From the NCBI GenBank assembly GCA_008632985.1, contig QPGO01000050.1, positions 372,001-436,000 on the forward strand: a stretch of 64,000 nucleotides of DNA, written 5' to 3'. Shown piece by piece: positions 1 to 13,397 of the stretch. The stretch comes from Psammoneis japonica. Taxonomy: Eukaryota. The number at the start of each line of letters is the position of its first letter. Positions within the stretch are counted from its first letter, which is position 1. Below the pieces are notes generated by a model. That model saw nothing but the letters and a program-made list of their open reading frames with translations. It had not been told where the DNA came from and searched no databases. Both the position numbers and the translations under genes were made by a program.

Positions 1-195
1 TTGACATTCGGAGCACTTTGGCTTCGATGATGATGGTGGTTCAGTAGGTTTGTTACGACCGTGTTGATATTGTCGACGAGGACGACCACGACGGGAGTGT
101 TTGTTATTAGGGTGACTGTGACGACGTTTTCTTTGTTTCTTTTGGTTTTGCAGAGACGCTTGGTGCGGAGCTGGTGGTTTCGTAGCTTCGGACAT
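1..195 (-). CDS. 5' end of a gene running off the window; basic N-terminus ending in CxxC (possible HIT-type zinc finger protein)
   Basis: Manual translation from ATG at 195: MSEATKPPAPHQASLQNQKKQRKRRHSHPNNKHSRRGRPRRQYQHGRNKPTEPPSSSKPKCSECQ, open to the window edge. Family guess rests on CxxC only. Confidence 0.45.
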   Translation of the reverse strand, partial: MSEATKPPAPHQASLQNQKKQRKRRHSHPNNKHSRRGRPRRQYQHGRNKPTEPPSSSKPKCSECQ

Positions 196-1638
196 GGTTT
201 GTGGGTAGCGGGTGGTCATTCTATTCTAGTAAACGTGTATTGTACGTTATCCCAACAACGCGTTCACACAGTTAGTTGCCCCACGAGTATCCATGTCGGT
301 CTTGCGTGCTTTGATCTTTCACACCTTGTACTTTCACCTTAGCAGTGGTGCTTTCTGCACCGCCATTTTGGGTGTTTTGGAGTGTGTCGACCTTGCGTTT
401 TGCCCTGTGGTCTGTGGTACTTGCACGCCGCTGGCCCATCGCGCGTGATAATCGCCGTAATGCGGCGCATGGTAACCAAGCTGAACGCAACTTGCTTCAC
501 AAAGGATGTTGTCTACAAACGAGCCTCTCGTTCCTCCTAACCGATATAAGTTGACGGCCTATGAAAGCTGGTTTCGCTTCTAACGGAGATTCTCAAAGGA
601 GACTGGGGTTAGCCTAGGCGGGAACAGAGCGGCCGCGCCTCGAAGTGCAATTTCTTTCGACCTACAAACTTCCTGGATTCCATGACGACAGTCGAGCAAT
701 TGTTTGTGCTCGTACCAGTACTGTAGTATACTACTTTGAACTTTTGTCTCAATCTCGTCGCGCTTCTTGGCCCCAATGTCGTTAACCAAAATTGCGAAAA
801 CGAGGCCTCCTTTTCCGTGAAGCTCTCGTAAGCCTCGTCGTGCGATTGGGTCTTCATTTTTGGATGAGTTCATGGATCCAATGATTTTGATAGTAACAAA
901 TAATACTATCAGGCATTTTCTGACAATCAGTCTCCTACTTCTTTCGCTGTTCTTCGTTCAAGCGCAGCACGACGATTCCAATCGACCCAACCATAGAGGT
1001 TGTGTATCCTTCTCTCATCTGCCGCTGTTTAAATAGAACTTGTTGGTGTCGGAAGAGACTCTTGTCAGGGTCTCTCATTCCTTTAGTGCTGGGGGAATGA
1101 CGCCAAGCAGGGCAAGCTCAATGCACATCTCCCGGGCAATGCATGTTAGCCATCCAGGGAGTTCCCGTGCCAAACTCCTACTCCCCTACGCGGATGAAAG
1201 CATCACTCTCCGTGGTCGCTTTGAGCGCGACATACCGGATCAATTTCCGATTCCTTGCGCCTCGGTTAACGACATTGTTGCTATATTGGAGCACTTCTCG
1301 CCTCTGAGACGACGTACAGATTCAATTCGCCAACGCCACCTTCTCGTGTCAACGACGCCACTGTGTCTTTCCTGGATAAAAAGTGTGAATTCCTCTTCTG
1401 GTTGAACCTACTAGAGGTCATCTGATCTCTGACCTTTCCACATCTAAGCAAATATCTCGACTGCACTGCTGTCCATGGAGAGACACCAGCTTTCGTTCCT
1501 GTTTGTTCTGTCCGGGAGAGCTCTTGATGTAGATCAACTCACACAGCACTCTGAAGTTGTGTCACGTAATGGCTGGTTTCGTTCGATTTGCCACTCAATA
1601 GGTCTATTCAAACTTTCTATGCTGCCACGATCATGCCA

Positions 1639-2034
1639 TCAACAGTATCGCTCGCTGAATGAGGTGACAACTGAGAATTCTTTGTAAATTCGAACCGATA
1701 TGCGGCAGAAGTCATCCTTCACGACTACACCTTCGCGAGGGCCTGTCCATCTTGCATGCCCAGGAGCTGGGTATGGGTCAGGTGCTACTGTTGTTACAAA
1801 TTCAACGCCCCTTTCGCCTTCTGGAAGTGGCCCTACGTACGCCTGCACTTGAGGAATGTCAGATCCCCAGCGAGCGCGACCCCATATTTCTTGCGACTTC
1901 ATCTGGAGCTCAGCCACATCACTTGACTGGGTCAGCGACTGGAGACGATGAAACGGCCCATACTCAATCCGAATCTGGGGTGACTCGGTTCCTCCGTCTG
2001 GGTTGCTACGTAGCTCGACAGATAAGTCAGTCAT
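1639..2034 (-). CDS. Hypothetical 131-aa intronless protein resembling bacterial RHS/polymorphic-toxin-type C-terminal domains
   Basis: Globular-looking ORF with motifs YGPFHRL-x-S-x-TQ, EIWGR, IPQVQAYVGPLP, RGVEF, GHARWTGPREGV. Similarity recalled, not searched. Confidence 0.45.
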   Translation of the reverse strand: MTDLSVELRSNPDGGTESPQIRIEYGPFHRLQSLTQSSDVAELQMKSQEIWGRARWGSDIPQVQAYVGPLPEGERGVEFVTTVAPDPYPAPGHARWTGPREGVVVKDDFCRISVRIYKEFSVVTSFSERYC

Positions 2035-2336
2035 GACACTGCGAATCGACAGTTCTTGGATGATCTGGATCTTTCCTCAGGTTTACCAGCTTGCCCACGC
2101 CAGTCTCTTTCTTCTATCCCTATCCGTTACTAACTATCATAAGTCTCCTTCCTTCTTCTGATGCTCTCCGCTGTCATCAGCAGCTCTCTAAAGAGAAACA
2201 AACAGTACATCCGCCACTTATGTAGGGCTATGATACCGGTACTACCGTACAGCATGCATGAGTGAATGATGATGAGTGATGAGAGGCCTGACGGTTGCGT
2301 TGAAAAATCAGCCAGCCAGACGAACAAGGCCAACAT

Positions 2337-2344
2337 CCCTCCCT

Positions 2345-2382
<38 letters not shown>
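2337..2382. repeat. (CCCT)n/(CT)n microsatellite
   Basis: Directly visible ccct and ct runs. Confidence 0.95.
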
Positions 2383-2383
<1 letters not shown>

Positions 2384-2505
2384 GACTAGTAGGAATACCG
2401 GTAGCGAGTAGTAGAGAGTAAGTAGAGAGGACCCTGCTTCCTGGGTGAACACCGTTTACTAGTACAAGTACAGGCGAGTCGAGACTACAACTGAAAAATT
2501 AAAGT

Positions 2506-3778
2506 CTATTCATATTCTCCTTCCAGAAGATCGTTGATTGTGTCTGGCAATCTCGTGAGAAAGTTAACCGTAGCATCGATCTTGTCCTCACCGAGTTGAC
2601 TCATTTCGAATCGCTTCCTCAACTCATTACTGGGAGTTGTTGACCACGACGGTTGTTCTTCGCTGTCGAAGCGAAACCTTGCAGTTTGATCGTATTGCTC
2701 CGCTAGCTCAGCATAAATAGTCTTTGCTCCGCAAGCCGCACTACCACCCACATCAAACGCCAAGTCATCACCAACATGAATCCAAACCCGATCATCATAG
2801 GTGTCCGGAAAGGATAAGGCAGCTACTTTCTGATCTTCATCATCGTCATTTGTTGATGCACTCATTCCGTCTGCAGCTTGCTTCAACACTGCATATTTGT
2901 ACCGAGCTTCGTCGTAAATCCAAGTGAGCTGCGACGCTTCTCCTCCGGTCAATTCCAATTCCTTAAAGAATTTCTGCCGCCCACCTTGATCATCTTCCCA
3001 CGAACAAGAGAAATCAAAAAAGGGAGCAAGCGTAAATGTCATGAAAAGAGGATTCGACCGACCATCCGTAACGGCCCCGATGATTGCGGTTGGGTGCTCT
3101 TCTTTGATTTGCTTCAACACATCCAGTACTTCTGGGTATAAGTTTCGTTCAGCAGCATGGTGACGTTCCATCTCCCACGCAGTTGAGACGGCCTTCACCA
3201 TGGAGTCCGATACCGCAGCTTTTGCCCATCTTTGGAGAAGAAACAGGGGAAACGAGAGAAAGGTAAGCAAAGCATGGACTTGAAAGTAACTTACACATTA
3301 TTTGTTCGACGTCAGCTACTCACTTTTCAGCATTCGCTACGACAAGGTTCGAGAGACTCTCCACTGTTGTTGCCTCGTCGTCTGCGCACTTTTGAAGCTT
3401 GTTAGCAGTTGTTGCTTTCTCCATTTCTCTTCGAATCGCCAATTCACGAACTTGGTTGTGCGTCAGAATGGCAGCCTTCTCAGGATCTTCTTGGCTGATT
3501 TCCTCGCGAATTTCCTTTGCAGACTTGACGATATCATCCTTCTCTAGACCCTTAAATCCATACTGCTCCATAGCTCTGACAAAAGCCTCATTGGCTGCAG
3601 CTTCGACGGGGGCAATTGGATACAGGGTGTCGTCCAAATCAAACGTGAGCAAACCGAGTGTCTGAGTTTCATGAGCGTGCAGCGGAGGCAGTCGAGGACG
3701 ACGCGTTCCGACTGGTTTCACGGCGAATCCGTCGACCCTCGCGAGGAGTACTATGCATGCTGGGAACAGTATCTTCAT
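2506..3778 (-). CDS. HAD-superfamily hydrolase, probably plastid-targeted; 2 exons (3778-3324, 3229-2506)
   Basis: HAD motif I TFDLDDTLY, motif II VTDG, motif IV HVGDDLAFDVGG; signal peptide ending VDG-FAV; GTGAGT...AAG intron restores the frame (AEK/WAK). Confidence 0.85.
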
Positions 3779-4119
3779 TTTAGTATTTTTGTTGATTTGT
3801 TTTGTGGGGGGTCAGCAGTTTGAGTCGAATGTCGAATGGCATAGACCTTTCTTTTTCACTCTTCGCGTCTTTGTGTTGTGTCTTGTGTGATGTTGATGTG
3901 TGGCGGATTTTTCGGATGTGCGGCCACCCGGCGATCTTTGCACTTCGTACTATCTGTACGTGAAGATCACGTACGTAACATGTACAGGTGCAATCAGTAC
4001 GAACCATTTTAGTCACTAGTATGTTGAGTCACGTACTGTAGCTACCGACCTTCGACCGTCGACCCTTGGCAGCACTTATTTTCATCGTGTTGTGCTGTTG
4101 TGCTGCAAACTCCAAAACC

Positions 4120-4988
4120 ATGGCGTTGCAGGAAAGGCCAATCCATCCTACCGCTCGTGCCTTTTTCGACGCTTTAGAGGAGCAGGAAGCGCAAACAGTA
4201 GAGTTTGTGAGCGGAGAAAAAGTCCCTCGATTCAGAAACAAATACAGACGCTGGGTTGGCGAAATCGGCACTCGCAAGCTGAGAATTATCCCGTGACTGT
4301 GAAATGTTGTGAGGCAAGCTCCAAATCCTTTACTGTAAAGCAAGTTCAACGAGGAGAAGTTGAAGGTACATATGGAACAGGAGCCACTGTTTGGCCGGCG
4401 TCCATGGTGCTTTTGAAATACTTAGAACGACACGCTGATGCACGTGCGCGAGGAAAAGCCGCGGTGGATTTAGGCGCCGGTACGGGCATTACCAGTATTG
4501 GTGCTGCACTCTTTGGTGCCAGTCGAGTGGTTTGTACTGATGGAAATGAAAATGTAGTTGAACTTGCCAAAGAAAACCTGCACCATGCAGGGCAGCAGTT
4601 GAACAATGTAGCATCGTCGGTTGCAGTCCATGAAAGTGTGCCATCCTCGACAAGAATCGGGGAATGCACCGTAGATGTTCGACAATACTTGTGGGGAGAC
4701 GGATCTTTTGGGAAGGAGAAATTTGATCTTATTCTCGTGTCAGACTGTGTCCTTCCAAAGCTTTACCCAATTGAACCTCTGGTGAACGCGTTAGATGAAC
4801 TGCTTGGTGAAGATTCCGTAGCCATTCTTTCTTACGAGCATCGTTACTATCCAGATTTTGATCCTAGGGTCAAGTTTTGTGAGCTAACCAGAAGGAAAGG
4901 ACTGCACGTTCTTGTGATTCCCATGGATCAGCAAGACCCTGTGTACTCCGTGGAAGACATTGAGTTGTGGGAGGTGCGACGACGTTGA
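4120..4988 (+). CDS. METTL21/Methyltransf_16-type protein-lysine methyltransferase; apparent 1-nt frameshift near 4292
   Basis: GTGATVWPAS, VDLGAGTG, VCTD, YLWG, LILVSDCV motifs. The N-terminus (MALQERP...) is in another frame and joins at a short C run. Confidence 0.85.
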
Positions 4989-5309
4989 CTACAGCCAAGA
5001 TAGAAAGTTGACACGAAAGCATTGCGGCGGTATTGAGCGCCGATCTTTGCTCAGCTTCGAATTAATGGTGGGGGTAAGAATATTGAATATTCTCTATGTA
5101 GTAGCGAGAAAGAGAGAATGGAATAATGTCGTCGATTCATTCACGCCACGACATCGTGGTCCTCGACGGAGGCGGACACTCTAACAAGACTCCGGGTCGC
5201 CTGTTATTAGTGACACGACCACGACTCAAGCAACGCGAATCATCCAAGCGTCGTCGCATCCTTGCCATCAACACAAATAATACGGCACCCGAAACATATT
5301 CGCACCACG

Positions 5310-6165
5310 ATGAAAGACGATGCCAACGATGAATCACTTTATGTAGCGGTCCAGTTGCAGGAACCTTTGCTGGTTGAACAACCGAAACCTCCAGAAGAGG
5401 AATTCTGTCAGCGTCGCGTCTCGACAGGAGATACAAATAATATGTCGAACCTTTGACATTGCAGAACAGGAGCAAGAAGAAGAGGAATGGATTGGAGTCC
5501 AAGGGTTGCGATGTTTTTGGATCGCCTTTCAATGCGTATGGCCGGTAGTCATTCTTCTGAGATATATCTTCTCGGATCGTTACATCGGTATACCGGAATT
5601 TATTTTCCTCGTGATTTGTTCATCTGCAATAGTGCTCTTGCTACTAGTTTGCGGGAAGAAGAATATGAGCATTCGTGACTTTCGTTTTAGAGATGCACTT
5701 CCCACGGTGATATGGGTAGTCCTTCCATTCATCGGGGAGCATCAGTTCTTAATCTTCCTGGGAGCATTTATTTTATTTGCAGCGGTCGTTGTAGCAACGT
5801 GTTTCAAGAAAGGCCCTGCTGAAACGCTAAAAATGGGATGCGACTGCCTCTACTACAATGCTATTGTTCGCCCCTCGAACAAATTAAACTTCACCAAGAA
5901 TCTTGAGGATGATTTCTTCGAGCGGCTACAAGAGCAAGAAGATGCGGAACAAGAGAAGCTTGAAGCTCAAATCGAAAAGCTTTCCTACCTTGAGGAACTC
6001 GCTCAGCGCCACCCGCCTAGGAGGACTCCTTCCATTGCCGTGGTCGTGATGGCTGCTGTTATCGCAACGTTGGCTTTGGGGTTTCTCTTCTACGCCAGTT
6101 TTGTGTTGCTTGCCGACCCGAGTTTTGTGAATCTGGAAACACGGGTGGAGAAGATGTATCCTTAG
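5310..6165 (+). CDS. Hypothetical multi-pass membrane protein; probable frameshift near 5400-5450
   Basis: Several hydrophobic segments and a short coiled coil in ORF 5374-6165; plausible ATG at 5310 in an adjacent frame. Confidence 0.5.
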
Positions 6166-9100
6166 AAATATTGTCTGTGCAGTACGTCTAGATTACGAGA
6201 ACGGAAATTTGGATGGTTACTGGAATGCCTTCAATCAGAATTGAGAACTGTGGGTTTTTCTCAGTCCATATTTGTGCTGCGAGTAACAAAGTTAGCACAA
6301 CGCTATTCATTAAAACATTTATCCGTTCCCAGGGTCTACCACTGTTTGCACCCAGACACAATACCATCAGTGTCCTGTTCAAACGAGTCAATGTTTGTCT
6401 TCTCTCTGGACTGTCTTGCTAGTACCTAGAGTAGAAAACTGGCAACGGTATTATGCTAAAGTCAATCGAAAACAACTCATACGGTAGAGGCGACGGCGTG
6501 ATCGGGAACCGGTGCTGAAAAAGCATTCCCAAGTTCGTGTGAGCAAAACGATTTTGCGACTAGACGACTCTAACGTAATAAAAAATTTATCTAAAATGCA
6601 TTTTACAAGACTCTAATCACATTGAATCTTCAATGAATGAAACGGACAGTACATGCCAACTGATTCAGTCCAAGCTTTGAGAGGAATCTTAGAAGTCGCA
6701 TTCCCGATCATCATCAAAGACACCACTGAAAAATTTGAAGTGGCCCAAGCCAAGCTCCTCTGAAGGGTGGTCATCAGTTGTCTGCTTCTCTCATGCATCA
6801 CCCAGTTTCATGTTGTAAAATGGGACATGGTCATTGTCAAAACAGACCCCCAAAAATCTTTGCCATGAACATGTTTTTGAATGGCAACAATGCACACACT
6901 GTCCCTTCTGAATTTGGACTTTGGTTCCTTCCAAGGCTTCTTGGCATGGTCATTGTGATGGCAAGACAGATCATCCTTGGTTGCTGACAAATGTGATCCT
7001 GTTGTGTGCAAGTGAACGCAAAAGGCCAGGCTGCTCCCAACGTGAAATGCAACAAGAGAAATCTCACAAGTCTGCTGACATCAAAATTCTCCAAAGCCAG
7101 GAAAATGTTGAACAAGACAACACACTTGTCCTGTTGACATGCTTGGACTGAGAGACAATGCACATCCAGTCCACAGACTTGGTGGCAGCCTTGGACACAA
7201 GAACAGCAAGCTCCATGCACTTCAGCAAGAATGACTTTTGAACCCAAAGAAGTGATGGGCTTTGCTCCAGACAGAAGACTTGCTCACAGATGACCAAACT
7301 GAACTCAAAGTGACACTCAGAAAGCTCTGCCACTTGATGGGCAAACAGATGTTTGCAAGCTTTGTGCACCCCTGGCAAGCCCAACAAAGAAGTGCAGAGA
7401 ATGTTGCAGTGGCAGCCATCCACGTTGAGGAGATCTCTTGCTTGCAGCAAGATGTGCCAATGGATGAGCCAAAGAGCGGCACAAAGCCAACCACTCTCAC
7501 TCTTGCAATGAATCACAACTCAAACCAAGATGCAGCAGCCAAATTCACAAAGATGAGAAAAGACAGCATGGCAGCATCAGCAGTGGGCTGTGTGTTGCTT
7601 GCATTGTCAAAAGCAAAATTGTGGCAGCTTGAGTTGACGACATTTGAAGCACACTCGGACAGTCTCATCAGCACAAAAAACAAGTTTCACCATGCCAACA
7701 TTGGGGTGGACAAGGAGCATGCATCAGCCAAAACAAAATGGAAAACAGGCCAGAAGCCTTGTCATTTCTTGTTTCTGCCAACTTTGCCTGGCTGGTGAGA
7801 CAGACTGCATCGCACACAACATTGCACATTGTTGGCTTTCCAAAAGTGACATCTCCTGCATGTGGACTCAGATCTTGCTCCACAGTCTTGCTGTTTTCTT
7901 CTTTTGCTTCTTTTTGGTTGATTTAGAAACAATTTTTGTTCATGTCCTGATGTGCACACAAACTGGCTGATCATCAGAGCCATTTTGCAAGGAGAGCCAC
8001 ACTTGTGTGATTTTTGCAGCATTTTCTTTTCCTCCCTCCAGCTTGATTTGCAGGAAGCTTTTGAGCACCCCGGCTGCAGTTCAAGACTGGGTTTGTTGTT
8101 GTTGGATGATGGTGAGAAGCATCCCAAACAAACAATTTCCCTTGTCTTTTGTCCTTTGCTGCTCAGAAAAATTTCATTTCTTCAAGACAGGTGCCATTTT
8201 TGTTGACAATTTGACATGTGCAACCCATGCTTAAAAAGGTTTGCTCATGCCTGGCTGGCAGAACTTGTGCTGATTCAAGACACAGCATCTGTTGCCTGGT
8301 CGCAGGAATCTCCATCTGTTCTCCACATGGCTGGGGATCCTTGAGATGAGTCAAATGAAGAAGTCAGGCTCACACAAGGGGCCCCTCACAAAGCTCATGG
8401 CAAAACATGGACAAGCTGCACCTGTGTGGCAGGGAGTGCCAGAAACTCACCTTCTGCTTGGCAACCAAGCAGCTGAAAGAGGTCAGCAGCAGGTGTTGTG
8501 GCTTGATTGAAACAAGCCACCAGCTCAGTGCTTCTGAGGTTTGAAGTGATTGCTGGTGCAGGTTTGACATGCAGGGATTGACTTGCGACAACAGTTGTTG
8601 AGGCACCTTTTGCAACCAAGTTCAAGCCCACCAAGCTCTGCTCCAATTTCCTCAGTGTCAACAATGCCCAGGTCTGTTCAGCCATTGTGCTGCAAGCTCA
8701 TGATTGATGTGTGTTGTTGTTTGATTGACAAGTGAAATGTTGCTGTGATTTGTGAACATGCAGAAGATGTGTGGGGTGCAGCTGCGTTGAGTTCAACCAT
8801 GAAGGGTTTCAGCTCTGTCAGTTTGACTCTGCAGATTTGTTCCAAATCATGTGTTTTTGCTGTTGCAGCATGTGTGCATTTCTCTGAACCTTGGGAAAAG
8901 AAGACCCAGATTTCCTGAGTCTGCACATCTCTTTGCAACATTCACAAGCACGCATTGATTTGTTTTTTCTGCAATTCTGGCAATGTGAGCAAAGGATCCT
9001 GCTGAAGTGCATGACCAAGTGCATGTCAGAGGTGCATGAATCATCTGTGTTGTTGTTCGCACATGTGGATTTGCACACTTGGCACAGGCACAAAAGACAA

Positions 9101-12100
9101 AACAATGAGGTGGATCACACTGGTGGGGCCACTTCCTGTGATCATGATGTGCTGCACTGGAGAGAAATTTTGTGGGGCAAAGAATGGTTTGCTCTTAGAA
9201 AACACATGAAACAACATGACACATCAACATTTGTGCATGCGTGCATGGTGGTGCATTGGTGTCAAAAGTTTTGTGTCTCAATTGCAGGTGAGTCAGGCAT
9301 GGCATTGTTTGGATGGTGGCTTTCTTTGTCCACAGCCAGCCCAGGAGACCAAATGGCACTCTGACTGTCAACACATTCTGCTTGATTTGCAGCAGGACAC
9401 AAGAGGTGGGCTGCTTGATTTTTGGCATCCCAAGGGTTCAGCCATTCTTACAAAGATTGAAGACTTTTGGAAGAAAGAGCACCAAGACAATGGATGCAAT
9501 GTTGCGTGCACCCTGCATGTTGCAAATCTTTTCTCTGGAAAATGTTGGGACTTCTGCTTGAGAAGGAATGCTTGACCAAAAAGGTTGATTGAGGATGAGG
9601 ATCATCAGATCAAATCTGTGAACTGTCCCTTCCATGCTGTCTGATGTGCAAGAGTGAGCTTGGATGATGCTGTCAAGATTTTCCTTTTTGACAGGCAGAA
9701 CTCAGAACAGTCCACCGGCATGTTCAGCTCTCATGTTGTGCTTTTGCATTGAATGTTCTGCTTCTCTGGTCTTCTTGCCACTTGCCTCTCAAACTGTGGC
9801 TGTTCCGTGTGCAAGATGCAAGAGATCAGGTGCCTTGCATGGGCTGGTGCACATCCATGGTTTTGCACAAGACAATGCAAACATCTTTTGTCTGCCAGAG
9901 CAGCTGCAGGACAAGGTTGTTCAGGCGTTGGACTTGACCAAAATGATTCTTTCTTGCTTTGGCTTGCTTCTGACAAGTGTGACACCATGCTTTCAACACA
10001 ACTGGGCAAGTTCATTGGGTCTGATCAAATGTGGAAAACAGCGCAGCTGTGGCACTTGAGTTGAGGGAGCTCTTGAAGCAAAGAGCTGCTGTGAGCATGG
10101 CATCAATGAAGGAGGCGGGGCATTTTGCATTGCAAAGATTGACTTGATGATCCAAGATGCAACAGGGCACACTTGGCAGTGTGCTGCTGCTCAGGGTGAT
10201 TTCAATCTGCTGGGTCAATGTTGCGGTCTCAAGCATGCAAGCGCCAAAAGGATGAAGCAACAATCTGTCATGGCCCACCACCACAGCATCATTGGTTGGG
10301 GCTGAAGAAGCAGAAGAAATTGCCCTTTTTGGAAAAACAGAGAGGAAAAAGTGATGGCTGCATCAGATCAATTCACAACCAGAACGTTGTGCCATTGCAT
10401 GCCCACAATTGCCTCAGGCAATGGCTTGACAGTCAGCATCCTGGAAGTCACACAGTTTTGAGCAATGGCGTTGCTGGGTTTCCTTTTTCTCAAATGCAAA
10501 ACAACAGGTCAGGCATGCAGACATGGCAGAATTGTCAAGCATTCTCATTTCATTGCAACACAGCCTGTTTTTCACCAGAAAGTGTTTCTTCCAGGTTCTG
10601 CAGTCTGGCAGCAGAAGCGGGAATGGAGATCACAGTTTTGTTGAAATGCTCCTCCAGTGCCGCATGAAGGATCCAACTCAACATGAGCTCCATCCTTGGC
10701 AGCAAGACATGTGGACTTTTTGCTCCATTCCTCTCTGTCAACTTCAGGCAAACATGGTGGTGCCTTGCAACAACAACCTCACCTTTCCTTTTGAGCCTTG
10801 TCCAAGCAAGCAAATGGGCGATGCTCTCAAAGCTTTGTTCAATTCCTTTTTCCCACATGGAACTTTGCAACAAACCAACAGTGGATGTGCAGGAGTCTTG
10901 GCGGCAATTCAGCATTGTGCAATCTCTTTGCAACACCATTCAAAATTGCTCCAATGCTGCAGGTGCAGTTTGCATGCCAGCAACTGTGACCTTGGCATGT
11001 TGTGTTGAGCATGTGATGTCAGCACAAGTGATTGTGTGTTGTTGGTTGTGGCAGAATGTGGGTGCAAACTTGTTGGTTGGTGTGCATTGTGTCACAGTGA
11101 ATTTGCAAACATTTTGGATTTAAGCACACAGCTGTGAAGAGCCCACAAAGAATGGAGGGGAACAGCAGAAGGAGGCATGGCAGCAGCTGCAGTGACAGCA
11201 GAATAGAATGGAGCAAAGGGCATTTGGTTGAAGGGACAGGGAGTGCAGGAGCAGGAAGAGCTCGCCTCACAAAAATTTTCTCAGGTGCCACCCCTGAGCA
11301 GGAGGGTTCTCATGTCAGCTGCTTTGGGTTTGAAGTGCTTGGTTGATTGCATGCAATGGTTTGCATTGTCTGTGCAGGCAGGCAGTGCAGATGCATGGAT
11401 CTTCTGAGGTGTGTTCAGTCTCTTTGGATTTCAAAAAAAAAAACACAATGCCTGCACCACAACAACTCTGCACACCAAACCATTTCATTGTCTTTGCAAG
11501 CTGCTGTCAACACGGCCAATGACAGAGCAACAGTCGAGGAATGCACTCCTCACTGCCCCCTCATCTTTCACAAGACAACCATGCCACCAAAGAACAAGAA
11601 CCACCAGAAGCAGCACCAGCCCAAAAAAGAGCAAATCAAAAGTCAAGCAGTTCACCAGAAGCAAAGCAAAAGAGAAAATCAACAATTGCTGAGTGTGAGA
11701 AGGAAACAAAGAACTCCAGAAGGTGGTCCAGCAGCTCGAAACATGGTTTGATTGTCTTGCATGGTCACTTTTTGGGTCTGTGACATTGGCCTTTTTTTGC
11801 ATTGTTGTCACCACCAAGGCACTCCACCAAGGCACCTCTCACTTGTTCCCACTCAACGAGCTTTGGTCAAAAAGTTTGCAACACATTGTTGGACTTTTTG
11901 CTGGCTTGGCATGTTGTTCAAGGTCATGGCTGGCTTGTGATCATGGCACTTCATTTTTCAATTGTCACAACTCCAATTTTCTGCAAAGTGGCTGCACACC
12001 GTGGGAACAAAATGATGCAAGAGCACTCCGGGGGCACTTGAGACATTGGCATTTGTCAGGGAGACTCAAAACAGATTCCAAAACAGGTGTGACTGTGAGT

Positions 12101-13397
12101 GTGTTGTGGACAATTGAGCAATCCAACTCTCACCACTGTGCTCTCTAGAAAGCACCCAGCAATGGCCACTTTTGCATCCCACTGCCAGCAACTGACAGTT
12201 TCTTTGTTGACCTCTTGCAAGGAGTTGACATTTTTCTTTCAGGGTCTTCAATGCCCCCCCTTCCAGTTGACAAATTGATTGAAGAACAGCCAAGAAATCA
12301 ACCATCTCATCATTGTCATCCTCATCTCCAAGAAGCACCCAATCATGTGGGTCAAGATGCAAGACCAACAATGCTGATGCCATGGCAAAAGAAGCATGAA
12401 AATGCAAGCAATTGGCACATGCCACATCAATGGCAGTGGACTGAAACAGACAGGTTGCAGCTGGTCAATCTGGTGCACAGCAAGAAAAGGAGCTCAACAA
12501 AATCAGGAAACACATGTGGCGCTGCTCACCAACCACACCGTTCTTGTGGTGTGTGAAGACCGTGAACTGTGTGCATTGAATCACCCAATTTCTTGTCCTC
12601 AATCTGTTCCTTAAAGACAAGTCCTGCACAGTTCATGTGATGCAGATGCATCCACAGCATTTTCTTGCATGACATTCTTGAGTTGTCCATGTGTTGCCAT
12701 TGGGGGGGGGGGTGAACAATGAACAAAAATTTTAGCATGAACACTCTTCTTGCAAGAAACGCGGCTGTCACAACTCCACTTGCCAGATCTTGCCAACTCA
12801 CTGTTTTGCCAAAACTGATTCATTCCTCTCAAACCAGCTGCACACCACTGCTCTCACACAGAACTTGTGGCAATGGTTTGTGCCCCTGCTTTCCAAGGAA
12901 GGCAGAGAGAGAGTGCAGTTGCAACAGCCTGTCAGGTGAAAAGCATCAATGAACGGTGGCATTTTGGTGGTGAGATTTGAGTTCTGGCTTGACAGCACTC
13001 AGTCCAGAGTTGTTGCAGGGTCAGTGTGGGGGCCTCTGTGCAAACTAATTTCCAGGGTGTTTCACACACAAGCATTGCAACAATTGATGTTCACCAAATG
13101 CAGAAAACACATCTCATGTGCTGTGGATGACACGTGAGCATGCTCAACTCCTCATTTTTCAGATTTGCCCTCAGCATCATTCATGCGGCCAAATGTTTGT
13201 GCAGAGGAGGCCCCTGCTCAGGGGTGCTCAGGTGCGGCACATTGTGTGACAGATCTTCAGTGGATGATCTGCAGCAAGTGCATGAGCCACCTCATTGTTT
13301 TGTCATTTGTGCATTGCACGCGGGCAACAAGAACAGACAATTGCTCGCGCACCTCTGTCAAGCATGCAGCAGTGCACAAGCAATTGACAAACCCCAG

